Source of the DNA: the human T2T-CHM13v2.0 reference genome, Homo sapiens
Strand: one strand, 5' to 3'
DNA: 64,000 nucleotides
NCBI RefSeq assembly: GCF_009914755.1
Contig: NC_060925.1
Below the pieces are notes generated by a model. The model saw only the letters and a list, made by a program, of their open reading frames with translations, was not told where the DNA came from and did no database searches. Positions 29,719 through 43,049 of the stretch are shown here, one piece after another (the first letter of the stretch is position 1; every line of letters begins with the position of its first letter). The position numbers and the translations under genes were made by a program.

Positions 29719-30095
29719 ATCCCCAGGAACTTTTATCTAAAATACTGCATTTACCATTATTTGACTTTCTTTATAATTTTTTCCTTAAATAACATATTAC
29801 AAAGTTTTGCTTGTTTTTGAACTTTTCCCTGAGATTCATATATCTGATTAAACAATATTGATACATGCAGCTGTAGGTGATTTATTGTCCATGCTGTATT
29901 TTAATATATAAATATACTACTATTTCCCATTCATCTGTCACCAAATATTCATCACATAGATATTTGAGGTATTTTCTTTTTTTCCATTACAACCCTATTA
30001 TTGTAAACATTCTTAAAATTTTCTCCTGGAGTACATGTCCATATAACATAATACCATTTGTATAAATTTTAAAACAAACATTTGATAACTTCACT

Positions 30096-30552
30096 GTATT
30101 ATAAAGGAAATTCCTTGTGGACAAAGACAGATAGAACTCAAAGTCATCCCTCTTCTTATGTGAGACGAATATATATCTGATTGCTTCCTCTGCCCTATTT
30201 TTTCACTGAGCCATATTAAGGCGTAAATGACTATTCCTGTAAATTGTATATTCAGTGAAAGGCTAATCAGAAACTCAAAAGAATGCAATCATTTGTCTTT
30301 TATCTACCTATGACCTGGAAGCCCCTTCCCCGTTTCAAGCTTTCCCGCCTTTTCAGAACGAATCAATGTACATTTTACATGTACTGATTGATTTCTCATG
30401 TCTCCCTAAAATGTATAGAACGAAGCCGTGCCCGTCCACCTTGGGCACATGTCGTCAGGACCTCCTGGGGCTGTGTCAAGGTCGCCTTCATAACCTTGGC
30501 AAAATAAACTTTCAAAATTGACTGAGACCTGTCTCAGATTTTTTGGGTTCAT
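30096..30552 (+). mobile_element. ERV1 solo LTR (MER4A-like)
   Basis: GAAATTCCTTGTGGACAAAGACAGATAGAACTCAAAGTCATCCCTCT...CCACCTTGGGCACATGTCGTCAGGACCTCCTG...GGCAAAATAAAC...GAGACCTGTCTCAGA. Confidence 0.85.
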
Positions 30553-33329
30553 AACTCAGACTTGGTAGTTTTCAGTTTATTTTTTAAAATAGAATATGTG
30601 CAAAATATATATCATATTGGTTTTAAAGTACATGTTCCTCTATTATCTGCTACTGTAACATATTATTTTAAATCACAGCTTAATATTCCTCACTAACCAC
30701 ATGGCTAAACCTTGCTTATCACATTCCTAATCATTGAACTTTTGTATCTGGTGCAAGCAAACTGCAACTGACTTACCTGGGTGATTCATAGCATGATTGT
30801 TTTCCCTGCCTTATACTTGCTCCTGGTTTCAGTTAATAATGGCTTTTCTTTCTGTTTGTGGGTCAGGGAGGCTTAAAGCATCATTTCCCTTTATCTTCCC
30901 CACCGAATAGTTTCCTGCTGTGCTTTACCCCTGTCTGTAATGTGAAAAACATCCGTCCTACCTAAATTACCATTCAAGTGTAATACCTTTTTTATTTAAC
31001 CCTGAGTGCATGACTGCTCCCTTTAATCCTACTCAATCTACCCTGAACAGGGAAATATCTAAAGGAGAATTTATGGTCCCAAGCTTCAAATGCTATTTCT
31101 CAGTGTACTTGGAAATGATTTCAAAATTGATGTTCACTGAAGTTTTAGATCAAAAATTGAGCATAGATAAAGCCAAGGTCATGACTAGTCAGCTCACAAT
31201 TATTTCTGTAAAAGCTTACCTAGAGAGAGTAACACTGCTGTGCTTTGTATCTCAGATGATAAATTAACATTAGAAGCCAAATTGAAGTATTACAGAATAA
31301 GGGCTCATGATCTGGCCAAAAAAGTATTCAGGCATGACCTCACCAATTAAGCCACTAAAGTGATATGACAGACAGGTCAGACAGCTTTAAAGAGTGTCTA
31401 GAACTCAAATAGTAACTGAGCTCAGGTGAACATACACAGAGGAAAGTGACAGCTTAGAGCAATAATTTATGTATCCTAGAATAAAATTCAAAACTGTTTT
31501 CATGGACTCTCTAGAAAATTCTTAGCAATCATTACACTAGAATATTTTACTCTTTTACAGATATTTGATAAGCATTTAGTACTCATTTGCTTCCCACAGC
31601 CACAATTTCCAAAGCTAGCAAAGGAGCTGTGGTAATATGCTAATTATATTACCTGTGAATAGAGAGAAGGTATTATTCTTTAACCCCTTGTCCAATATGT
31701 AAAGAACCAACAAACAACATTTTTGTATATAGTGTATTTATTATGATTTAACTAACTTACATTAATGTCTGTATAAACGTATAAAAGTCAAAAATTGTCC
31801 CCCAATTTTAATGAGATGACAAAGAATCATATGCCCTCAAATTTAAAACCACCTATAATTTGTGAAAATAAGAAGGGTAAATTAGAGTACTGGTATACAA
31901 TTTATTTATAATTATTGACTTATTTCATATTTTAACAGTATTACTATTAAGAAAATTTTTTTTAAAAAAACCTCACATTGTATCAATGTTCATCATTCTT
32001 CATCATATTTTGTCCTCAGAGCATACCAGACAGCTTCTGAAGATACGTGTGTGCCTTGACTCATTGTGAAAACTTATCTTGCACATATTTGTCTGAACCA
32101 TGAACTGTGAAAAATCATTTTTGACTTTTTAAGCCTAGGTTTGAGATATGGATCAAGCAGGGACAAGATACCAGCAAGCCCATAAATATAACAGCGCAAA
32201 GCATGAGGAGCAGAACCGAACTGAGAAAATGATCAAATCGGAGCAGTCTAACACTCATTTTATTCTCCTACATCAAAAGTACTCACATTAAAGCAAGGAA
32301 AATATGAATGTAAAATACTAACAAGGCCAGTGTAAAGGCAGTGTTACTAAAGTCAGTTAATTAGCAATGTTTTCAACCTCTTCTGAATGTTGAAATAATA
32401 ATATATTTTTGTAATTTTCTTTACCACTCCACTCTTTTCTCTGCTGAGTAGAAGTAAATGAGGCATTGGAAAGGTTGGATTCTAGCCCTCATACAACATG
32501 AGTCTATAAATGAAGTGATATACTTAAAGCCTCTTTCAGAAGTGTAAAATGACTGCAACATACTTACAAGTTGAAAGCTATTTCTTTAACTGTACATTAA
32601 ATATGTTAGCCAGTATAATCATACTTTGTAACCATGTTTTTTCCTAAAATGTGAATCCAAGTCGACCCTGCTCCATCACAGAATGATTATAATCAGAGGA
32701 CCCCATCGCAGAAAAAACACTTTCCAGACTCTCTAGCACGTTAATATCCCTTATATGGTGTTCCTGTTGCATCTCTCCAGCCTGATAGCTCTCTGTCCTA
32801 CAACTGTGTTAGGCTTTACCTCCTAACCTTTTGAGCTGTTTACTATTGCCAGGAGATGCTAGAATACCTCAGTGCCTTTGCTAAATATTTCTAGTCCATA
32901 AGTATACATGTCCTTCTCGCGCTCAGCTCACACACTAGCTTCCTGATGAAACTCCTGATCCTGCAAAGAGGACTTACTTTTTCCTGATATGCATTTTTAC
33001 TTTCCCTTTATGTGCATCTTTACTTTTCTCTGCATATTCTACAGCATGGAGATAAAATATTTTAGCATTGATTGTTGCTGTGTCTGCTTCTTTTCACTTG
33101 GTTAAGGCCTCAAGGAGAGAATGTTTCAAAAGACTTTTCTATCTCCAATCCCCATAACAACCCCTGACACAAAAATGTGTATAAAATGGACTATGTCATC
33201 ATTAGTAGTACTCTCTTTATTTTTATGAAATAGCATTATGGCTACTTTTCAATGTGGTAAACAGAAGAGAAAGTAGCCATGTAAATAAAACTCACTGTTG
33301 AATTACAATTCTCTGTTGGAATAAAATGA

Positions 33330-34080
33330 AAACTGAGAGTACCTGATACCTACAAGAAACTTTTGCTAAGCGAAATAGGTGATGTTCACATATACATTGA
33401 CTTCAAGGGGCTTAAAATCTAGCAAATTAGACAGCTATGCAATTCTGTGTCAAATAAAACAGAAGAGTCAATCATGCACGAAGACCTTTGAAATTAAAGA
33501 TAATGAGAATATTATCAGTTTAAGGACCTAGGATTAAAACTATTCTCCTGAGTGACATTTGAGATGAAACTTAAGAACCAAATTGATTTTTGGTGCATAC
33601 AATGCACTTCATGAACACTGGGATACATTGCGAATATGGCTTGGGACTATCTTCTATAAGATTTAAAATGCTGAAATAATATTTTAAATTTAATTTATTA
33701 GTATCAAGCCAGTGAAAGTTTAGGACTAGAATAATCAGATGATTAGGAATACACATTTTAGAACAATTCAAACAGGCCACCACATATAGAGAATTGTAAT
33801 AACATGTGAAAAATGTTCAGGAGGCAGGTAAAGTCAAATAAACAATGACAACAATACTGAACTGTGACTGAATACAAGGTGGTGGCAGCACCTTGGAAAA
33901 TGGAATGAGAAAGATTGGAGTTTACATGAATGTAAGGTTCAATGATTTATCAGCCAGCTCATTCATAAAGAGCAAGAAAGGCATTAAATATTAACCTGAG
34001 AATTTGAGCCCAGATAACGGGAAGGTTTATGTGCAAATAAAAGAATAATAAATTAATGAGAAAAAGATGTTCTGGAAAGA
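33330..34080 (-). mobile_element. L2 LINE fragment (degenerate)
   Basis: TGACTTCAAGGGGCTTAAAATCTAG...GAGTGACATTTGAGATGAAACTT pattern. Confidence 0.45.
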
Positions 34081-34889
34081 AAATGTATGCACAAGAAATA
34101 GTGCATTGTTATAGCATAAAGGGTACTGCAGCAAAAGTAACAACAGTAGTTATTTCTATTTACATTTTTTTCTTTACCATAATCCAGAAAAAAAAATTTT
34201 ATCTCAATCTGAATCTCCAACAATCTATGCCAATCATTGACATTTCCACTGCCATTACATGGCAGAGTAAAAAATCAGTCCGACAGTACTGTAACATTCC
34301 TATAGCTTTATTTCTACACTTGTCCTGTCACTTAGTTTGCTGCTTAACCAGTGGCATAATAGTAAGTGTGTTAGGCAGCTGTCATTTGTTACAGACCAAT
34401 AATTAAAATGTTAATTGTACTAAAACTGCAAATGTACTTTTTGTACTAGATAATAAAGAAGTCCCTTACAACCACATTTTCTGACAGAGAAACATTTGAC
34501 ATAATTTTTTTGATTTTTTTTTCTGTTCTCTTTTAGAGACATAAATAAGGTTTTTGTTTGATGTGATGGGTGGTGTAGAGCCACTTTCATGATAAACAAC
34601 ATAAAACCATTAAAACTAAAGAAATTTAGTTATCCTACGCACTACTTTATTTTATTATAGAACATCAACCGATCTAATAGACTTTTTGTACCAAATGGAC
34701 TGAGTTTATTTTATTAGAATCGTGTAACTGAAAAGATTGCTTGAATGATTACTTTTGTTAAGGTTGTATCCTTGTTTCTATGTTGATTGATGTCAGGCAG
34801 GTAAGTAATAGATAATAATGAATTGCTACTACTGTCCATTTAAGAACAAAAATTGGTAATGAAATACTGGATGTTAGAGAACAAATTAT

Positions 34890-36735
34890 TTTTTAATTTT
34901 TAAATTATAGTTACATAATAGTATATATTTGCAGGGTACATGTGATGTTTTGATGTAGGCATACAATGTGTAATAATCAAATCAGGGTATTAGAGTATCC
35001 ATCACCTTAAGCATTTATGATTTCCTTGTATTAGGAACACTCCAATTCTACTCTTTTAGTTATTTTAAAATATACAATAAATTATTAACTATAGTCACCA
35101 TATTGTGCTACTGAATACCAGATCTTATTCATTCTAACTATATTTTCTACCCATTAACCATCCCCAATTTACCCCCTCCCCGGCTTGCTATTCTTTCCTG
35201 CTTCTGATAACCATCATTCTGCTCTATATCCATGAGTTAAATTGTTTTTATCTCTCATATGTGAGTGAGAAGGCGTGATATTTGTCTTTCTGTGCCTGAC
35301 TTATTTCACGTAGCATAATATCCTTCAGATCCATCCATATTGTTGAAAATAGCAAGATTTTATTCTTGTGGCTGAATAATATTCCATTGTGTATTTGTAC
35401 CACTTTTTTTAGTTCATTCATCAATTGATGAGCACTTAGGTTGATTCCCTATCTTGGCTCCTGTAAATCGTGTTGCAATACACAGAGGAGTGCAGATATC
35501 TCTTTGATATACTAATTTTCTTTCTTTTGGATATATACCCAACAGTGAGATTGCTGTTTGATATGATAGTTCTATTTTTAGTTTTTTGAGGAACCTCCAC
35601 ACTATTCTTCATAATGGCTATATACTAGTTTACATTCCCACCAACTGTAAAAGGGCTCATGTTTCTCCACATCCTTGCCAGCATTCATTACTGCTTGTCT
35701 TTTGGAGGTGAGCCATTTTAACCGAGGTAAAAAACTATCTTATTATAGTTTTGATTTGCGTTTCTCTGATTACTAATGTTGAGCATTTTTTATACATCTT
35801 GGACATTTGCGTGTCTTGAGAAATATTTATTCAGATTTTGCCAATCATTAAAGCAGATTGTTTTTTTCTTTTCTACTGTAAAGTGTGAGCTCTTTATATA
35901 TTCTGATATTTATCCCTTCTCAGATGGATAGTTTACAAAATATTTTCTCACGTTTTGTGTTGTGTCTTCACTTTGTATTATGTTTTCTTTGCTGTGCAGA
36001 AGTATCTTTGCTTGATGTGACTCGTGCCCATTTTTGCTGTGGTTGCCTATGCTTTTGAGTTGTTACTCAAGATATCCTTGAATAGACCAATGTCCTGGAG
36101 AGTCTCCCCAATGTTTTATTATGGGAGTTTCACAGTATCAGGTATTAAATGTAAGTCTTTAATCAAATTTGATTGTATTTTTATACGGTGAGAGATAGGG
36201 GTCTAGTTTCATTTTTCTGCATGTGGATATCTAATTGTCCCAGCACCATTTACTGAAAAGACTGTCTTCCCCGAATGTGTGTTCTTGGTGCTTTTGTTGA
36301 AAAAAGATTGACTAATAATATATTTATTTATTTATGGATTTTCTATTTTTCTCCATTGGTCTATGTGTTTGTTTGTATGCTAGTACCATGCTGTTTTGGT
36401 TATTATAGCTTTGTAATATAATTTTAAGTCAGGTAATGTAATTCCTCCATTTTTGTTCATTTTGCTAAGGATGGCTTTAGCTATTTTGGGTATTTTTTAG
36501 TTCTATATAAACTTTAGGATTAGATTATTTTTTCTATTTCTGTGAAGAATGTTATTGTTATTTTGATAGAGATTGGGTTCAATCTTGAATTTGCTTTGGG
36601 TAGTAAAAACAATACAAAAATACTGATTTTTCCCATGCATGAAAATGGAATATCTAATTTTTAGTATTCTTTTTGATTTCCTTCATCAATGTTCTATAAT
36701 CTTTCACTTGTTTGGTTAACTTTATTCTTAGGTAT
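34890..36735 (-). mobile_element. L1MA element, 3' part (3'UTR and ORF2 C-terminus)
   Basis: GGGTACATGTGATGTTTTGATGTAGGCATACAATGTGTAATAATC (L1MA 3' end); ORF 35414-35602 WRFLKKLKIELSY..AISLLGIYPKE is the L1 ORF2 C-terminus. Confidence 0.9.
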
Positions 36736-39015
36736 CATATTAGTCTATTTTCCTGCTGCTGATAAAGACATACCCAAGACTGGGCATTTACAAAAGAAAG
36801 AGGTTTAATTTGACTTACAGTTCCACATGGCTGTGGAAGCCTCACAATCATGGCAAGAGGCAAAGAGGAGCAAGTCACATTTTACGTGGATGGCAGCAGG
36901 CAAAGAGAGAGATTTGGCAGGGAAACACCTGCTTTTAATACCATAAAATATCATAAGACTTATTCACTATCACAAGAACAGCACAGGATAGACCTGCCTC
37001 TGTGATTCAATTACCTCCCACTGGATCTCTCCCACAACACATAGGAATTCAAGATGTGGTATGGGTGGGAACACAGCCAAACCATATTATTCCACCCTTG
37101 GACCATCCCAAATCTCATGTCCTCACATTTCAAAACCAATAATGCCTTCCCAACAGTCCCCCAAAGTCTTAACTCATTTCAACATTAACTCAAAAGTCCA
37201 CAGTCTAATATCTGATCTGAGACAAGGCAAGTCCCTTCCGCCTATGAGCCTGTAAAATCAAAAGCAAGTTAGTTACCTCCTAGATACAGTGGGGTTACAG
37301 GAATTGAGTAAATACAGAAATTCCATTTGGGAGAAATTGGCCAAAACGAAGGGGCTACAAGCCTCATGCCAGTCCAAAATCCAGCAGGGCAATCAAATCT
37401 GAAGGCTACAAAATAATCTCCTTTGACTGCGTGTCTCACATCCAGTTCACACTTATGCAAGATATGTGTTCTCATGATCTTGGGCAGCTCTGCCCTTGTG
37501 GCTTTGCAGGATCCAGGCTCCCTGCCTGCTGCTTTCACAGGCTGGCATTGAGTGTCTGCAGCTTTTCAAGGCACAGAATGCAAGCTGTTGGTAGATCTAC
37601 CATTCTGGGGTCTGGAAGATGGTTGACCTTTTCTCACAGCTCCACTAGGCGGTGCTGCAGTAGGGAGTCTGTGTGGGGGCTCTGACCCCACATTTCTCTT
37701 TCGCACTTCCCTAGCAGAGGTTCTCCATGACAGCCCCACCCCTGCAGCAAACTTCTTCCTGGATATGCAGAAGTTTCCATACATCCTCTGATATCTAGGC
37801 AGAGGTTCCCAAACCTCAATTCTTGACTTCTGTGCACTCACAGACTCAACACTACATGGAAGCTGCCAAGGCTTGAGGCTTGCAGCCTCTGAAGCCACAG
37901 CCCAAGCTCTATGCTGGCCCCTTTCAGCCACAGCTGGAGCATCTCAGATGCAAAGCACTGAGTGCCTAGGCTGCACACAGCACGGGGACCCTGGGCCCAG
38001 CCCACAAAACCATTTTCTCCTAGGTCTCTGGGCCTTTGATGGGAGGGGATGCCATGAAGACCTCTGATATGTCCTGAAGACATTTTCCCCATTGTCTTGA
38101 GGGTTAACATTTGGCTCCTGGTTACTTATGCAAATTCCTGCAGCTGGCTTGAATTTCTCCCCAGAAAACGGGTTTTTCTTTTCTATCACATTGTCAGGAT
38201 GCAAATTTTCCAAACTTTTATGCCTTGCTTCTCTTATAAAACTGAATGTCTTTAACAGCACCCAAGTCACCTCTTGAATGCTTTGCTGCTTAGAAATTTC
38301 TTCCACCAGATACCCTAAATCATCTCCCTCAAGTTCAAAGTTCCACAAATCTCTAGGGCAGGGGCCAAATGCCACCAGTCTCTTTGCTAAAACATAACAA
38401 GAGTCACCTTCACTCCATTTCCCAACAAGTCCCTCAACTCCGTCTAAGAACACCTCATCCTGGACCTTATTGTCCACATTGCTATTAGGCTTTTGCTCAA
38501 AGGCATTCAATGTCTCTAGAAAGTTCTAAACTTTCTCACATTTTCCTGTCTTCGTCTGAGCCCTCCTAACTGTTCCAACCTCTGCCTGTTACCTAATTCA
38601 AAGTTGCTCTCACATTTTTGGGGTGCCTTTCAGCAACACCTCACTCTACTGGTACCAATTTACTGTATTTGTCCACTTTCACACTGCTGATAAAGACACA
38701 CCTGAGACTGGGCAATTTACAAAAGAAAGAGGTTTAATTTGACTTACAGTTCCATGTGGCTGGCGAAGCCTCACAATCATGGCAGGAGGAAAGGAGCAGA
38801 AAGTCACGTTTTACATGGATGTCACCAGGCAATGAGAGAGACTGGGCAGGGAAACTCCCCCTTTATAACACCCTAAGATCTCATGAGACTCATTATCATG
38901 AGAATAGCACAGGAAAGACCTGCCCCCATGATTCAATTACCTCCCACTGGGTCCCTCTCACAACACATGGGAATTCAAGATGAGATTTGGTTGGATACTC
39001 AGCCAAACCATATCA
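36736..39015 (-). mobile_element. Complete THE1 (THE1B-like) MaLR provirus: 3'LTR 36736-37089, internal 37090-38663, 5'LTR 38664-39015
   Basis: Two ~350-bp direct-repeat LTRs (GCTGATAAAGACA..AGCCAAACCATAT[T/C]A), ~1.57-kb THE1-int with remnant ORF 37944-38510 (..RDLWNFELE..EEISKQQSIQEVTWVLL), perfect 5-bp TSD GGTAT at 36731-36735 and 39016-39020. Confidence 0.95.
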
Positions 39016-42000
39016 GGTATTTTATTTTATTTATAGCTATTGTAAATGGGATTAAATTCTTGTTTTTTTTTTCTTTCATATTGTTCACTGTTGGCATACA
39101 GAAATACTAGTGATTTTTGTATGTTGATTTTGCACCCTGCAACTTTACTGAATGTGTTTATCAATTCTAATCATATGCTTGTGGATTTATTGTTTTTTTT
39201 TTTCTAAATTTAAGATCATAACATTTTCAAAAAAAAAAGAATTTGTCTATGCCCTCTCTAATTTGGATGCTCTTTATTTCTTTCTCTTGTCTGATTGCTC
39301 TGGCTAGGACTTCTAGTATCAAGTTGAATAAATGGTGACAGAGGGAATCCTTGTCTTTTTCCATATCTTAGAGGAAAGAACTTCAGTTTTTTCCCATTCA
39401 TTACAATACTAGTTGTGGGTTTGTCATATATGGCTTTAATTACATTGAGGTATATTCCTTCAATACCTAGCTTTTTGAGAGTTTTTATAAAGGTATGTTG
39501 AATTTGATTGAATACTTTTTAAACATCAGTTGAAATGATCATATGGTCTTTATCCTTCATTCGGACTATATGATGTATCACATTAATTTGCATGTGTTTA
39601 ATTATCCTTGTATCCCTAGGAGGAATCCCACTTGATCATGATGGATGACCTTTTAATTGTATTGTTGAATTGGTTTGCTAGTTTTTTTGTTGACATTTTT
39701 GCTCTATGATATCAGAAATATTAACCTGTAGTTGTATTTTATTTCTTGTGGCTTTGTCTGATTTTTGCTTCAGAGTAATGCTGGACTCATGGAATGAGTT
39801 TGGAAGTATTCCTTCCTTCTAGATTTTTTTATAAGTTTGAGTAGAATTGGTATTAATTTTTATTTAAGTGGTAGAATTTAGCAATGAAGCCAGCAGGTTC
39901 TGGGCTTTCATTTGATGAGAGATTTTTTGTTCTTCCTTCTATATCATTACTTGTTATTGGTCTATTCATGTTTAGGATTTTTTTTTTGTGGTCTAATCTT
40001 TGTAGGTTGTATTTGTCTAGAAATTTTTACGTTTATTCCAGATTTTACATTTATTCTAGATGTTGATATTTAGTTGATAATGATAGTCTGTGAGAATCCT
40101 TTGAATTTCTATAATATTAGTAGTAATGTCTCATTTTTCATCTTTGATTTTATTTTTGGGAATCTCTCTTTCATTCTTAGTCAAACTAAAGAATTGGCAA
40201 TTTTCTTGATATTTTCAATAAATCAAGTTTCCATTTCAATGGTATTTTGTATTTTTGTCTCAATTTTATTTATTTCTGCTATAATTTTTATCATTTCTTT
40301 TCTTCTATGAACTCTGGGTTTGGATTGCTCTTACTTTTTAATTTTTTAACATGCAAATATAAATTGTTTATTTGAAGCTTTGCTCTTTTTAGATTTATGT
40401 GTTTATTGCTAAAAATTTCCCTCTTACTGCTACATTTGCTATATTCCATAGCTTTTGGTGTGTTATGTATCTACTTTCATTTGTTTCAAGAAAGATTTAT
40501 TTGCCTTCCTACTTTCTTCACTAACCCAGTGGTCATTCAGAAGCATATGGTTTAACTTACATATGTTTATATAGTTTCCAAGATTCCTCTTACTAATTTC
40601 TAGCTTTATTCCATTTGGTCAGAAAAGGTATTTGATATTGTTTCAATTAAAAAATGTTTTTGTGTGGCCTAACATATGGTTTATACTGTATTGTCTGTGT
40701 ACTTACTATTCCCAAGTGAGTGGTGATTTCTTGTTGTTCATCAGTGTCCTTTTCTTCCAGACTGAAAAACTCCCTTTAGCATTTCTTATAACACAAGTCT
40801 GGTGTTTACAGTATTTCCCAGCTTTGATTGTCTGAGAAAGTGTTCATTTTTTCTTCATGTTTGAAAGACAACTTTGCTGGACATAACATTCTAGATTGAA
40901 AGATTTTTTTTTTTTCATTCACCACTTTGAAATGTCATCCCACTCTCTCCTGGCCTGTAAGGTTTCCACTGAGATGTCTGCTGCCAGACATATAGGAACT
41001 CCTTTATATGTTTTCTGCTTCTTTTGCTTGCTGATTTTAGAATCCTTTCTTTCATCCTTGAGCTTTGAGATTTTGATTAACATAAGCCTTTTACTCTTAA
41101 TTGGATTTAGTCTTCTTGGTGTTCTATGACCTTCTTGTACCTCAATATTCATATCTTTCACCACAATTGGAAAGTTCTTTATTGTTATTTCTTTCAGTAA
41201 AATTTCCACTATGGTCTCTCTGTCTCTACATCCTTTTTATGGCCAATAACTCTTATATTTGCCCTTTTGAAGTGGTTTTCTAAATCTTGTTGGCATTCTT
41301 CATTTTTTCAATTCGTATTTTCTTTTTTCTCCTCTGACTGTATTTTCATATAGCCTGCTTCAAGCTCATTAATTCTTTCTTCTGCTTGATCAATTCTGCT
41401 GTTGATAGGTACTGATGTATTTTCAGAATGTCAATTAAATATTTCATTTTTAGTTTTTCTGTTTGACTTTTTTATTATTTTAATCATTTAAAAAATTTCT
41501 CTGAAAGAAATTTGAATTCCTTCTCTCTGTTATCTTGAAGTTCATAGAGCTTCCTCAAGACAGCTATTTTAAATTCTTACTCTGTAAGTTCACATACATC
41601 TGCCACTGCAAGATTGGTAACTGGGGCCTTATTTAACTTGTTTGGCGAGGTTGTGTTTTCTTGGAAATTCTTGATGCTTATGGATTTTTGTTAATGTCTG
41701 GGCAGTAAAGAGTTAGGTATTTGTTTCAATGTTCACAGTATGGGTTTGTTTGAACCCATCCTTCTTGAGAAGGCTTTCATCATATTCAAAGGAATTGGGT
41801 GTTATGATCTAAGCCTGTGGTCAATGCAGCCATATAAACATTAGGAAGTGCCCTAAGCATAGAAACACTCTCTTGCTGATTCCTAGAGGCATCACCTTGG
41901 TAGACTTGGGTAAGATCAAGGAGAATTCTTTGGGTTATCAGGTGACATCTCATGCTCTATTTCTTCTCTTTCCCCCAATCTTAAGGAGTCTCTCCAGGTA

Positions 42001-43049
42001 TACCTGGAGTTGGGGGATGAGTGATATGACCACTTTCATGGCAACCATAGCTGGGACTGTGCTGGGTGACACCTGAAGCTAGCACAGTTCTGGGTCTCAC
42101 CCAAGGCCCATGGTGAATACTGCCTGGTTACTACTAAGTTTATTCAAGGGCCAAAAGCTCTTTTGTCAGCACGCGGTGAATCCTGACAGCACTGCGTTCT
42201 CCCTCAAAGGCAGTGAATTCTTTTCTGGCCCAGGGTAAGTCTAGAAACATCATTCATAAGCTAAGGCCCAGAACTGGGGGCTTCAGGAATTTGCTTGGTG
42301 ATTTATTTTACTGTGGCTGAGTTGTTATCGAAGTTGCAAGATGAAGTCCTCTGTACTTTTCTCTCTCATTCCCCAAGGAGTATCTCCCTAAGCTACACTG
42401 CCTACAGCTGAGGGAGATGTGATACAGGCATTTCCTGGGCACCACAGCTGGTGTTGCACTTCAATTCCACAGCCTCTGAGACCACTGAAGCTCCAGAGCT
42501 CGCCCAAAAACTGTAGTCCTTGTGGCCTGACAGCCGCTCAAATTTATTCTGGGTCCCAGGCCACTTTAGTCAGCTGGTAGTGGAACCAACAGGGGCTCAA
42601 ATTCCTAATCTTGGTGCTGAGAATTCTCCTGTCACCCAGGGTTAGTCTAAATTCTCCCTCTGCGGACACTGGCATAAATCTGTCCTGTATTGTATTCCAC
42701 TGTGACAAGGCAGTACTGAGTTCCAATGCACAGTACTACATTCACTTCATTCTCTCTCCTCTAAGCAGAGACACTCTCTCCAAGCAGAGTACTCTCTCCA
42801 AGCAGCGATACTCTCTTCAAGCAGCAATGATGGGAGTTGGAGGATAATGGTGTAAGCAATGCAAGACTTTCTTTTCCACACTCTTGAATGCCTTTTTCCT
42901 TGACATTATGTTAAACCAGATACTATGATTGCTAATTTGATTTTTTGGTTCTTATGAAGTGCTTTCTTGCATGGATAATTGTGCAATTTGTTGGCCCTGT
43001 GGGGGAACAATCGCTGAAGCGTTCTATTCGGACATCTTGCTCTGTCTCC
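39016..43049 (-). mobile_element. L1MA element, 5' part (ORF2, ORF1 remnant, 5'UTR), continuation of 34890-36735
   Basis: L1 sequence resumes in register after the THE1 TSD; ORF 40919-41209 (..TYKGVPICLAADISVETLQARREWDDI) is L1 ORF1p; GC-richer 5'UTR at ~41750-43049. Confidence 0.88.

Noticed and set aside
32020-32138. Possible + strand exon after TTTTGTCCTCAG
   Set aside because: The acceptor is plausible but the donor (TAG|GTTTGA) is weak, with no other support.
37944-38510. 188-aa ORF as a novel gene
   Set aside because: It is the usual remnant ORF of the THE1 internal region.
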